The notes: a model not told the origin generated them from the sequence alone. DNA of 64,000 bases from Phycisphaerae bacterium (GCA_012729395.1 JAAYDF010000143.1:7971-71970); one strand, 5' to 3'; shown: positions 34,921-44,356, numbered from the stretch's first letter. Numbers and translations: made by a program.

Positions 34921-37653
34921 ATGAAAACCGGGCACGTCAGACCTTGGCTGGGGGCGGTTTGCTTGATGATGATCGGCGTCTTCGTCGCGCCCGCATGGGC
35001 CGGCGAGGGTTCTGTGGGCGACTGTAATCCACCCAACGTGGTGGTTCGCGGGAAGAAGACCTTCAAGAATCGCACCGGCAAGACGGCCGATGATTTCCAT
35101 TTCTACATGTACCAGAACGACCGTCCCGGCGTGGTCGTGAACGGGGCACGAGCCAGCTCATCCTCTTTCGGGAACGTGGGTGTCCAGTTGGGTACGGATA
35201 ACGGCCGCTCGGATCCGCCGCCCGGCAACCATGGAGCCGCAGTCGAAATGAGCGGGGGCAGCGTTCCGGCCGGCGGCTCGATCGAGGTCGAGGTCGAGCT
35301 CTGCATGAACGAGCGAAACAACCTCAAGATGAAGGATATCGAGTGGACGTTCACGGGCGGTGGAGGCGGTGACGGCGGTCCGCCTCGGCCGGCTCGGCGA
35401 AACAACGGCTGGCGCATCGAGCGGCCGTTCCCAGGCGGGCGCGGCGGTGACCCACGCCATCAGGAAGGCAACGGCGGTGTGGGCCGGTGGATCCATCGCG
35501 TTTGCATCGAGAACGACTCGGACGATCCACTGCCGCTGCGATGGGTCAAGCTCTTCGCCTCCATGACCCGTTACAGCGACCTCGATGGTGTCAACTGGGA
35601 CGCCGTGCCCAACATTCAGGACGCTCAGGGGCGTCCGCCGGTGACCATTCCGCCGTGGGGCCGGTGGTGCATCGACTTCGAGACGACCGGAAGCTACATC
35701 GCCGGGCACATCTACCTCAAGTACGCCATCGAACCCGTGGAGGGCGAACTGCTCACCGAAGCGTTGGTTGCTGCCGACGAGGAGGAGGACGAGGAAGACA
35801 TCAGCTTTGGCGATCATCCTGTGGAAGAGGCGATGCTTGATACCTGCCTTGCCGGCCTGGACTTGTGGCAGACCACGACATCCACGCAGTACGTCTTTGG
35901 CGGGGATCTTCCAGAGATACCGGCGGACTTCTTCCATCCCGGATCGGAGCCTTTTGTCGGCACCGTGTCCTTCTGTGGAAATCCCATTGATCCCGCCCTG
36001 TACGGTAACGCCGACACCATTGTGAGTCGTCAGGCCCCGGCCGAGTTGCCTTTGCCGGGCAGTACCGACACTGTGCCGGTCGAACTGACCGGTCTCAACT
36101 TGGCCAGTTGTGAGCCGATCCTGGTACGCAGGACCGAAACCGCGGGGGCTGCTCTCCAGGATGTACTGCAGGGTTTCACCAGCAGTGGTTCGCCGTTCGA
36201 TCCCGCCTTGGTCCACGTGAGCACGGATCCCGTGCTGCCGGGCGAAAGCGAGATTGAGGCGGTGCGGCTGTCCGTGCCGGCTGTAGTTCCTCCGGATATC
36301 GAAGTGCTGCTGACCGGAGAAGACAGCGGCGGCCCTGTGGGAGTGTGGGGCATCGACTCGTTCTTCGATGTCTTCTACGAGCTGCCTGTTTTCATGGAGG
36401 AATTTCCTTCCAGCACAACCTTCAACGTCCTCGTGGACATTGGCTCCGTGTTTGCCAGCGGCAACCTGCCGATGCTTGATCCGCCCGTGGTCATGATGGA
36501 TGGCACCGGCGTGTTTGTCGTGGAGTGGAACGTCGAGGTTCGCGAGGGTCTGCAGGCTCGTCATCGCCTGACTTTTCAGGCGGGCCAGTCGTTCATTTCC
36601 ATTCTGGATGTGCAGGCCGTCGCCATGCTGCCCGGTTTGAGTGTCTTGGATTTGCATGTCGTGTTGGATTCCCCCATGCCGTGGGCGGTGCTCCCTGATA
36701 CTCCGGTGGTGAGTACGACGCTGGTTGTTGAGCCGGTGGTCTGGGTGGACAGTTTCTTTGATGTCTTCATGGAATTGGACCCGGACTACCCCTCGACGGG
36801 TGTCATGGAGTTGACTCGCAACTCGGAGAACGACGGGACATTCACCAGTCAGATCACCTATACGCCGCGGGTATCCTTCATGGAAGCGGTGTTGCCTACC
36901 GGGCAGCCGGGTGAAGCGACCTTTGGAGGTCTGGTGTTACCCGGGGCTGGCCCCATCATGGTTACCGGCAGCAGCTCGTGGCGGCACGGGCCGCCTCCGC
37001 CGGCGCCCCTCGAGGGCAGTGGCCCGAACTTCTGGCCGCTCCCTGGCGTGCCGTTGGCATTGCTGACCGGGGCCGGCTCGCCCCATACCCTGGTGCAGGC
37101 CCAGCCGCTGGGCTCGCCAACCCTTGTCTTTGCCGATTCGCGCCGTGCGCACGGGTCGGCGGGTGTGTTTGACTTGGATTTGCTGAGTCCGGTCGGCGTC
37201 GCCCCGGTCGCGGTCGAGTGTCGGAGCAACGCGCCCAGCACCGCCTTGCTGACCTTCAACAAGCCGGTCTATGCACCGGGCGGACTGCCGGGCGCGGCCA
37301 GTTTGGCCGGCGGCGGAACCCTCAGCGTTCTCAGCTTGGCCGACTACGAGCTGATTGTCGACTTGGCCGACGTGCCCGACGGTGCCCGCTCCACACTGTC
37401 GTTCCCCGGAATCGTTGATGGCGAGGGCAATGCCGCTCTGGACACGCTTTGCTTCGGTCGGTTGACCGGTGACGTGACCGGCGACGGAGCGGTCAACATT
37501 TTCGACCTGGTGCAGGTGCGCAACCGGCTGAATCAGAGTGTCGGGCTCGCGAGCATGCGGACGGATGTCACCGGCGACGGGGCCATCAACATCTTCGACT
37601 TAGTGCAGGTGCGCAATCACCTGAACCAGAGTCTCGTTGGGCCTTGTCCGTAA
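34921..37653 (+). CDS. Large secreted protein with C-terminal SRxHG beta-sandwich plus double dockerin-type repeat
   Basis: AAGGAG RBS, signal MKTGHVRPWLGAVCLMMIGVFVAPAWA, and C-terminal GDVTGDGAVNIFDLVQVRNRLNQ...TDVTGDGAINIFDLVQVRNHLNQ. The central region has no family I recognise. Confidence 0.8.
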   Translation: MKTGHVRPWLGAVCLMMIGVFVAPAWAGEGSVGDCNPPNVVVRGKKTFKNRTGKTADDFHFYMYQNDRPGVVVNGARASSSSFGNVGVQLGTDNGRSDPPPGNHGAAVEMSGGSVPAGGSIEVEVELCMNERNNLKMKDIEWTFTGGGGGDGGPPRPARRNNGWRIERPFPGGRGGDPRHQEGNGGVGRWIHRVCIENDSDDPLPLRWVKLFASMTRYSDLDGVNWDAVPNIQDAQGRPPVTIPPWGRWCIDFETTGSYIAGHIYLKYAIEPVEGELLTEALVAADEEEDEEDISFGDHPVEEAMLDTCLAGLDLWQTTTSTQYVFGGDLPEIPADFFHPGSEPFVGTVSFCGNPIDPALYGNADTIVSRQAPAELPLPGSTDTVPVELTGLNLASCEPILVRRTETAGAALQDVLQGFTSSGSPFDPALVHVSTDPVLPGESEIEAVRLSVPAVVPPDIEVLLTGEDSGGPVGVWGIDSFFDVFYELPVFMEEFPSSTTFNVLVDIGSVFASGNLPMLDPPVVMMDGTGVFVVEWNVEVREGLQARHRLTFQAGQSFISILDVQAVAMLPGLSVLDLHVVLDSPMPWAVLPDTPVVSTTLVVEPVVWVDSFFDVFMELDPDYPSTGVMELTRNSENDGTFTSQITYTPRVSFMEAVLPTGQPGEATFGGLVLPGAGPIMVTGSSSWRHGPPPPAPLEGSGPNFWPLPGVPLALLTGAGSPHTLVQAQPLGSPTLVFADSRRAHGSAGVFDLDLLSPVGVAPVAVECRSNAPSTALLTFNKPVYAPGGLPGAASLAGGGTLSVLSLADYELIVDLADVPDGARSTLSFPGIVDGEGNAALDTLCFGRLTGDVTGDGAVNIFDLVQVRNRLNQSVGLASMRTDVTGDGAINIFDLVQVRNHLNQSLVGPCP

Positions 37654-37922
37654 CTCGATGTGCCGATTGCCGCTTGCGACCCCGCACGGCTTCGGCGACA
37701 ACCTCAGGAATCCCCGCGGAGCTGGTCGGGCATCCGGCCGGCTCCGTTGTTATACTGACCGCGAGGTACAAGGCCCTTTGGCGCGACCGCGTAAGGTCGC
37801 TTTCTCGGCAGCGGCTATCCCCCGCGGCGGCCGGGTGCAGGGCTGTATCGCTGCCCAGCGGCCGCTGCAGGGGGCGGTCGCTGCGGGACAGCGCTCTGAC
37901 AACTTCAACTACAGGTGCGAAC

Positions 37923-38984
37923 ATGAATCTGACACGAAGGGATTTCATCGCGGGAGTAGGCACGGCGGGCATGGCCGCGGTTCTGGGCGGTCCACAGCAG
38001 GCCCACGGCATGGCGGAGCAGCCGGCGAGAGGACAGCACGGAAGCAGCAAACCGTTCTCCTTCGTCCATCTCACCGACCAGCACATCACCACGCGCCGTC
38101 ACGGGGCGGAGGGCTACCGTAAGTGCATCGAATCAATCAACGCCCTGCGCCCCAGGCCGGCGTTCGTGCTCATGGGCGGTGACATGGCCTTCGACGGACT
38201 CTACACCGCAAAGGATAACTTCGAAGAGCAAATCCGCCTCTACCGCACGATCAGCGATGAACTGGATATGCCCTATTACCACTGCATGGGTAACCACGAC
38301 GTACTTGGTCTCTCTGCCCGGCGCAAGGTGCCTGTCACCGATCCCGACTTCGGCAAGAAGATGATCATGGATCGGCTGGAGTGGCCTGAGAGTTACTACA
38401 GCTTCGATGTCGGCGGGTGGCATTTCGTCGTGCTCGACTGCATGCATATCATCGAGGGCAAGGACGGCCCGACCTACGAGCCGCGGATCGGCCCGGAGCA
38501 GCTCGAATGGCTGGCTTATGATCTGGGTGCCGCCGCGGGCCGACCAACCATTGCTGTCACCCATGTCGCAGCCTTCTGCAATGTCGGCCAGATCAACGGC
38601 GACCCGGCATACAAGGCCATGGATGGGCATATGGTTTTGTGGGACACTCGCGAGCTGCGCACCGTTCTGGAACGACACAAGGTCAAAGCCCTCCTCCAGG
38701 GGCACAGCCATCGTCCGGAGGACTTCCGCTATAACGATGTGTGGTATGTGACCAGCCCGGCGGCCAGTGCCGCTTGGTGGGCGGGTGCTTGGACCGGAGC
38801 GGAGCCCGGCTACACCGTGGTCACCTGCGACAAAGACCAGTTTGCCTGGCAGGGCGTCTACTATGGGTGGGAGGCACAACTCGATCCCCAGGACGAACTC
38901 GAGCGAAACCGGAATGCCGAACGGGCGGCCTTTGCCGCTGAACAGCAGCGCCTGCTGGAAAAGGAACGTGCCGGCCGCAAGTAG
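37923..38984 (+). CDS. Tat-exported calcineurin-like metallophosphoesterase
   Basis: Twin-arginine signal MNLTRRDFIAGVGTAGMAAVLGG. Motifs VHLTDQH, GGDMAFDG, GNHDV, VTHV and GHSH. Confidence 0.8.
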   Translation: MNLTRRDFIAGVGTAGMAAVLGGPQQAHGMAEQPARGQHGSSKPFSFVHLTDQHITTRRHGAEGYRKCIESINALRPRPAFVLMGGDMAFDGLYTAKDNFEEQIRLYRTISDELDMPYYHCMGNHDVLGLSARRKVPVTDPDFGKKMIMDRLEWPESYYSFDVGGWHFVVLDCMHIIEGKDGPTYEPRIGPEQLEWLAYDLGAAAGRPTIAVTHVAAFCNVGQINGDPAYKAMDGHMVLWDTRELRTVLERHKVKALLQGHSHRPEDFRYNDVWYVTSPAASAAWWAGAWTGAEPGYTVVTCDKDQFAWQGVYYGWEAQLDPQDELERNRNAERAAFAAEQQRLLEKERAGRK

Positions 38985-39017
38985 CAGACGCGAGCACGCC
39001 GTCAACCCGCGGTCGTG

Positions 39018-39245
39018 TGCCACTGCTGTGTCAGCAGCGTATCTCCCCCGAAAAACGCTGCTCACAGAGCAGGTACGTGTTTAGCGTCCTCCGGAAGGGG
39101 GACAGGCACTTTTTTGCCTTGAACACCTTCTGACGCAACGGTATCGCCATGCCGTCACGTGACTGATCCACGTGGAAAGTCTCCATGTCGGCAAGAAAGA
39201 GCCAGTCCCTGGACGCTAAACACGTACCAGAGCAGTGCCACACGG
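39018..39245. repeat. Nested palindromic MITE-like repeat, family 2, copy B
   Basis: agagcaggtacgtgtttagcgtcc (39067-39090) pairs with ggacgctaaacacgtaccagagcag (about 39210-39234). The upstream hairpin gccactgctgtgtcagcagcg...cgctgctcacagagcagg is shared, in reverse orientation, with 58651-58710. Confidence 0.55.
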
Positions 39246-39282
39246 ATGAGGCCTGCCCCTGAACAAAAGATGCACCCTCACC

Positions 39283-40662
39283 TCACCGATCGTCAGTGAG
39301 GCCGGGAGGCGGTGCCACCGCTTCGCCGCTGACTTGCAGCACGACGCGTCGGTAAGCGGTGAGCGGTGGGTTGCCTGTGTCGGTTACTTCCAGAATAATG
39401 TGCACAGTTCTTGACGCGGCATCTTGGGGAACAGTGACTACCGCGTCGGGTTGGGTTGCCCCGGCGATCTCCGGCTCGGCCCAGTAGCTCCCTGCCTCGG
39501 GATAGGTCCACCAGCGATACCGAAGGTTGTCTTCGTCGGGGTCGGACGAGCCCGCGGCGCTGAGCCGCACCTGGGCGCCCGGATCGGTCGCGACGTGCAG
39601 TACCCGCAGGCTGGCGTCTGCGTTACAGTGCGCCGCCGGCTCATGGTTGGCCTGGTCGAAGGGGAGCCGGGACCACTCCAGGCGAGCCTGAAAGGCGTTC
39701 TGGTAGGCCGGCCGCCAGCGATGGATGGTGTAGAGCAGATCTCGCTGGCCATCGAGGATGTCCCGGGCGGGCAGGTACTCGTGGCCCTTGCCGCTGCGTG
39801 CGAATCGCCCACCCCAGTTGCCTTGCTCGGGATGCTCGGGATCGCTCAGGCCGTTCGGCAGCAGATACAGGAATGATGGTGTATCCCCTTCTTTGACGCC
39901 GGCCCATTTGTGTGCCTCGGTCGGATAGACACGCCTGAGCGGCCCGCGGATGTGCTGCTCGATCCACGCGGGCGAGACAAGCTCGCGGTTTCCGCCGTCA
40001 TAGAACCCCTGGTACAGCTTCTCGGAGAAGATCCAGAAGACGTCAGGGTGATGCTGTTTCACCCAGCGGGCCGTTCGATCCTGGTCGGCAATGGAGTGCA
40101 CACGGATCTTGCTTCTGAACGCCGCGAGCTGAGCTTCTGATCGCGTGGCCTGGACCTTCCAGATGGCCTGAGCTAATTCGCGTGGTCCGCCCCAGATCGC
40201 GAACCAGACGGGGCGATCGTCGGCGCGGTCCACGACTTCGATGATCCAGTCCGAGGCCTCGGAGTCCATGCCCGGGCCCACCTTGTGTGCGTCGCCGTTG
40301 TGTCCATCCTTGACCAGACCGAGCAACTGTTCCGCGGAAGGGTAATCGGCCCGATGCTTTCTCAAGTTGGTCAGCACCTCGCCGTACGCTTCAATCGCAT
40401 CGCGGATCAGGTCCGGCCGAGTCTTGTCGTAATGCCCCCACCCGAAGCCCGTGCAAAGCCCTTCCACCCTCAAGTCGCACGAGTGAAGCAGAAAGCGCAC
40501 CAGAGATTGCCGGTCGTCCGGGTCGCCGCCGATGTCGGTCATGACCACGACGCGAGGTTTTGCCTGGTCCGGGATGCACAGGGGGGCGGTGGTCTCGGCG
40601 AGGATCGGCGATACCGACAGGCAGACGATGAGCATGAAGTGGTGAGGACGCCAGGTTACCAT
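39283..40662 (-). CDS. DUF1593-type protein (nucleoside-hydrolase-like N-domain plus Ig-like C-domain, Sde182-like), secreted
   Basis: PRVVVMTDIGGDPDDRQSLVRFLLHSCDLRVEGL is the characteristic DUF1593 N-terminus. Signal peptide present. Confidence 0.7.
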   Translation of the reverse strand: MVTWRPHHFMLIVCLSVSPILAETTAPLCIPDQAKPRVVVMTDIGGDPDDRQSLVRFLLHSCDLRVEGLCTGFGWGHYDKTRPDLIRDAIEAYGEVLTNLRKHRADYPSAEQLLGLVKDGHNGDAHKVGPGMDSEASDWIIEVVDRADDRPVWFAIWGGPRELAQAIWKVQATRSEAQLAAFRSKIRVHSIADQDRTARWVKQHHPDVFWIFSEKLYQGFYDGGNRELVSPAWIEQHIRGPLRRVYPTEAHKWAGVKEGDTPSFLYLLPNGLSDPEHPEQGNWGGRFARSGKGHEYLPARDILDGQRDLLYTIHRWRPAYQNAFQARLEWSRLPFDQANHEPAAHCNADASLRVLHVATDPGAQVRLSAAGSSDPDEDNLRYRWWTYPEAGSYWAEPEIAGATQPDAVVTVPQDAASRTVHIILEVTDTGNPPLTAYRRVVLQVSGEAVAPPPGLTDDR

Positions 40663-41111
40663 GCGAAACCTCCATCCACAAAGACAGTCCCCGGAAAGAC
40701 ACGAGCGAGTTGGGTCGGGGAGGTGACGATCATCCTGGCGGCCATCTTAGTCTGACGGCGAATGTGCGACAACTGCGGGAACCGTCGCGGCTGCCTGCTT
40801 GCGCCGTGATTGGCAGGTGGTGGTGAGCGAGGTCTTCTCTGGGCAGATCGACGCACGCTGGTCGGGGTGTCGCCCGCGCTACGGGGTGGCGGTTTTCCAG
40901 TCGCCTCTTGCGTTGTCTGCCGGGCGGTGTGCTGTCTGACAGGGCTTCGCCTATGAGGTGCGCGTGGTTATCGGCCGCGGTATCTCATGTCTGCTCATCG
41001 CAAGTTGAGCGCCGGCCCTATCCGACCGATAGACCCACAGGGCGGTCGCGGTTGCCGGGAGGTGGCCGGGTTGCGGCCGTGGACAGCGATGCTGAACAGG
41101 TGGGATGTTTC

Positions 41112-41618
41112 ATGGACGTGCGCTACATCAATCCCTTCATTGCGTCAGTCAAGCATGTGTTCAAGACGATGCTGGCCACGGATGTGCTGGTGAGCAAGCC
41201 GCTGCTCAAGGAGCGGGACGAGGCCTTCGCCGATGTGTCCGCGGTGATCGGGCTGTCGGGCGATGCCACCGGGTGCGTTGTTTTGTCTTTTCCGCTGGCC
41301 ACATCGGTGCAGGCGGCAAGCAAATTCGGCGGTGTGGAGATGGACGAGAAGCACGCCGATTTTGCCGACGCCCTGGGCGAGTTGGCGAACATGGTAGCCG
41401 GCCACGCCAAGGCCAACATCACGGGGATGGACCTGACGATCTCGCTGCCCAGCGTGGTGATTGGCAAGGAACATGTGATTTCGCAGTCGCGGTTGGCTCG
41501 CCGGTTGGCGTTGCCGTGCGATTCGGCACTGGGCCGGTTCACTGTCGAAGTAGTCATGGTGGTTGGCCAGAAGCCGGCCAGCAAGCCGGTGGCTGCCTGT
41601 GCCACCGCGCATGCTTGA
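41112..41618 (+). CDS. cheX: CheX/CheC-family chemotaxis phosphatase-like protein
   Basis: MDVRYINPFIASVKHVFKTMLA...AVIGLSGDATGCVVLSF...ALGELANMVAGHAK. Internal ATG of ORF 40908..41618. Confidence 0.7.
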   Translation: MDVRYINPFIASVKHVFKTMLATDVLVSKPLLKERDEAFADVSAVIGLSGDATGCVVLSFPLATSVQAASKFGGVEMDEKHADFADALGELANMVAGHAKANITGMDLTISLPSVVIGKEHVISQSRLARRLALPCDSALGRFTVEVVMVVGQKPASKPVAACATAHA

Positions 41619-41659
41619 CGTGGGGCAAGAGGCCGGGCCTCATGAGGAGCCGATAAGTC

Positions 41660-42043
41660 ATGAAGATCCTGCTGGTAGACGACTCGCGAACAATCCGGAA
41701 CATCCAGAAGAACGTTCTCGCTCAGCTTGGCTACAAGGACATCATGGAAGCAGCCGACGGCGTGGAGGCCCTCAAGCTGATCGCCGAGACGCGTCCGGAT
41801 ATGGCTCTCGTGGACTGGAACATGCCCAATATGGATGGCATCACTCTCGTCCGAAAGATCAGGGAAACCGATCGGCAACTGCCGCTGATCATGGTCACCA
41901 CGGAAGCGGAGAAACGCAGAGTGATCGAGGCCATCCAGGCGGGCGTGAACAACTACGTGGTCAAACCGTTTACCGCGGAAACCCTCGCGGAGAAGATCAA
42001 CGCCACGCTGACCAAGCTCGGCCTCGCCGCCGCCGCCCAGTAG
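41660..42043 (+). CDS. cheY: Single-domain CheY-like response regulator
   Basis: MKILLVDDS...DWNMPNMDG...VTTEAE...VVKPF. Confidence 0.85.
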   Translation: MKILLVDDSRTIRNIQKNVLAQLGYKDIMEAADGVEALKLIAETRPDMALVDWNMPNMDGITLVRKIRETDRQLPLIMVTTEAEKRRVIEAIQAGVNNYVVKPFTAETLAEKINATLTKLGLAAAAQ

Positions 42044-42051
42044 TCGCGGCT

Positions 42052-42459
42052 TCATGCGCTCTCGGGCTCACCCAGAATCCGTCTCAGGATGTCGCCGTTG
42101 ATCGGCGGCATTCGTAATGCCCGCAATTCTTCGGCTGTGACCCAGGCGATCTCCTCGACTGCCGGCGATGCGGTCGTTGCCTCGTTGCCCATCACTTCGC
42201 ACGCGACCAAGTGCAGTACGAATTCGTGGCCGGCGTGACGCGACCTCAGGCTTCCCAGGTCGCCAATGGCCGACACCGCCAACCCGGTTTCCTCGTGGGT
42301 TTCGCGGACTGCGGCTTGCGCTGGACTTTCCGCGCCTTCCATCCGCCCCCCCGGGAATTCCCAATAGCCCGAGTAGGGCCTCCCTGGGCTACGGCGGCCG
42401 ACCAGCCAGCGATCTCGGTGACGGATAATCGCCAGGGCGATGTTCACGGGAGCGTGCAT
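42052..42459 (-). CDS. NUDIX hydrolase (MutT-like)
   Basis: Nudix box GYWEFPGGRMEGAESPAQAAVRETHEETGL. The start is uncertain (42459, 42492 or 42528). Confidence 0.75.
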   Translation of the reverse strand: MHAPVNIALAIIRHRDRWLVGRRSPGRPYSGYWEFPGGRMEGAESPAQAAVRETHEETGLAVSAIGDLGSLRSRHAGHEFVLHLVACEVMGNEATTASPAVEEIAWVTAEELRALRMPPINGDILRRILGEPESA

Positions 42460-42757
42460 GCTCACTACCTCTGGGGTATCTGGTTCGCACATTATACCAT
42501 ATGAGGTAGATAGGCTGCGGAAACTCAACGTACCTGAACTCCATATCAGGATGCGATGCGCAGTGCCCCAAACCAGGGCATTATCCCCCAGGCTGGTCTG
42601 TGAAAAAAAAGTGAGATTTCCGGGATCGTGGCAAGCTTCGGTGCCTGCGCGAGTTGCGACTCGGCGGGCGAGAGCGTTCCGCTCCGCAATCTATAACCTG
42701 CTGTCAATAATGAAGTTAAGATATTCAGGATCTCTGGCGCTTTGGTCGATGCATTTA

Positions 42758-42787
42758 TTGACAGGTTCGTCGAGAGCGTGCTATATT
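42758..42787 (+). promoter_or_regulatory. Strong sigma70-type promoter with AT-rich upstream region
   Basis: TTGACA (42758-63), 18 nt, TGcTATATT (extended -10, 42779-87). It is preceded by the unusually AT-rich ctgtcaataatgaagttaagatattcagga in an otherwise GC-rich genome. Confidence 0.55.
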
Positions 42788-42793
42788 CGCTGG

Positions 42794-42945
42794 CGGGCTG
42801 AGACGGCTTCGCGAACGCGAGTTGGCTTGGAGGAGCAAGCGGGAAGTTGTAGACCCGTACGAACAGGCAGGGGAAATCCGGTTTCGGCTGTCTTAGCCGT
42901 GGCGCACTTCCGGGATAGGACTTGTCCTAGCCCGGAAGTTTTTTT
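42794..42945 (+). ncRNA. Candidate structured small RNA or cis-leader of about 150 nt, class unknown
   Basis: It has a promoter upstream. A 12-13-bp closing helix joins 42796-42808 to 42886-42898 and includes three G.U pairs. Internal hairpins include gcttg-GAGGAG-caagc and a GAAA-loop hairpin. A perfect terminator (cttccggg-a-taggac-tt-gtccta-g-cccggaag plus T7) lies at 42907-42945. There is no credible ORF. Confidence 0.45.
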
Positions 42946-43098
42946 ATGGCACTGTTTGCGCGGCACGCGGTGCGTTTGCTCTTCGCACATGCAGGGGGGC
43001 GCGGTGCCTGTTCAACAGCAACAGCGAAAGAGAACTGACGCGACGAGGTGCGCAAGGTGCTCTTGCCGCGCGAGGAGGCGACCGCCATACTATCGCCC

Positions 43099-44238
43099 AT
43101 GAAAGTTCCTCTGCTTGATTTGGCGGCACAATATCACGAAGTCGAAACCGAGGTCCGCGCGGCGATCGATCGCGTGCTCGATACTCGGCATTATGTGTTG
43201 GGCCCTGAGGTCGTCGCTCTGGAGCAGGAAGTGGCGGCCGTGTGCGGTGCTCGACACGGTATCGGTGTGAGCAGTGGGACGGATGCCATCCTCGCGGCGC
43301 TCATGGCTCTCGGTATTGGGCCGGGCGACGAGGTGATTGTGCCGACGTTCACTTTCTTCGCGACTGCAGGCTGCGTAGCGCGTGTGGGGGCGACTCCGGT
43401 CTTTGTCGACGTCTTGCCGGACACGTTCAACATCGATCCCGCCGCGATTGCTCGGGCAATCACCGAACGGACCAAGGCGATCATTCCGGTTCATTTGTAT
43501 GGCCAGTGTGCGGATATGAAGCGGATTATGGCATTGGCCGTGCGGCACGGGCTGGCGGTGATCGAAGATGCCGCCCAGTCGATCGGGGCGAGTTACGAAG
43601 GTCGGCCGGCGGGCAGCTTCGGTGTTGCGGCGGCGCTGTCGTTTTATCCGACGAAGAACCTGTCGGCCATGGGTGATGCCGGCATGGTGGTGACCAATGA
43701 TGATGCGCTGGCCGAGAAACTGCGGTTCATGCGTGATCACGGGCAGAACCCGCGGTATTACTACCACTTCATCGGAGGCAACTTCCGGCTGGATGGGATC
43801 CAGGGCGCGGTGTTGCGGGTGAAGCTCAAGCGGTTAGCGGGTTGGACGGCGGCTCGGCAGAGGCATGCGGCTCGCTATGATCGAGAGCTGGCCGATGCGT
43901 CGGTGGTGTTGCCGGTGACCCTTGCGGAGTGCGGGCACGTGTATCATCAGTACACGATTCGCAGTCGGCGGCGTGATGCGTTGCAGAGTTTTCTGGCGGG
44001 CGCCGGCGTGGGCTCGGGCGTCTATTATCCCTTGCCGCTCCATTTGCAGCCTTGTTTTGAGTATCTGGGGTACGCGAAAGGTGCATGCCCGGTGGCGGAA
44101 CAGGCGGCCGGCGAAGTGCTTTCTCTGCCGATCTACTCAGAGATGAGCGATGAGCAGCAGGGCCATGTGATTGAGAGCATCCGCGTGTTCGAGCGTAGTG
44201 GGAGTGGCGTGGCCGCACGCGGCGAAAGCGGTCGATGA
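43099..44238 (+). CDS. DegT/DnrJ/EryC1/StrS-family PLP-dependent sugar aminotransferase
   Basis: MKVPLLDL..QY.....E...AI..VL.....VLGPEV..LE.E.A...G..H.IGVSSGTDA...AL.ALGIGPGDEVI.P.FTF.AT; FYPTKNL...GD.G. Confidence 0.85.
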   Translation: MKVPLLDLAAQYHEVETEVRAAIDRVLDTRHYVLGPEVVALEQEVAAVCGARHGIGVSSGTDAILAALMALGIGPGDEVIVPTFTFFATAGCVARVGATPVFVDVLPDTFNIDPAAIARAITERTKAIIPVHLYGQCADMKRIMALAVRHGLAVIEDAAQSIGASYEGRPAGSFGVAAALSFYPTKNLSAMGDAGMVVTNDDALAEKLRFMRDHGQNPRYYYHFIGGNFRLDGIQGAVLRVKLKRLAGWTAARQRHAARYDRELADASVVLPVTLAECGHVYHQYTIRSRRRDALQSFLAGAGVGSGVYYPLPLHLQPCFEYLGYAKGACPVAEQAAGEVLSLPIYSEMSDEQQGHVIESIRVFERSGSGVAARGESGR

Positions 44239-44249
44239 GGCCGCCGGCG

Positions 44250-44356
44250 GGGATCTGAGATTCATGATGCGGGTGGATTTGAGATCTGAGATTTGAGATT
44301 TCAGATCTGAGATTGCGGATTCAAGTTCGCGGATCGGCGGAAGCGGATTCGGGTTC
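44250..44356. repeat. Low-complexity gagatyt/gcggatt intergenic repeat (family 4)
   Basis: gatctgagatt...gagatctgagatttgagatttcagatctgagattgcggattcaag. A related stretch lies at 58841-58900 (gatctgggatttcaaatttgcgatttcagattggagtcgcggatt). Confidence 0.5.

Noticed and set aside
42794-42945. Assigning the candidate RNA to SRP RNA, 6S RNA, tmRNA, RNase P or a known riboswitch
   Set aside because: I could not find the conserved cores of any of these: the SRP helix-8 GGAA/AGCA motif, the RNase P GGAGGAAAGUCC, the tmRNA tag ORF, or the B12, TPP or SAM boxes. The class is therefore left unknown.
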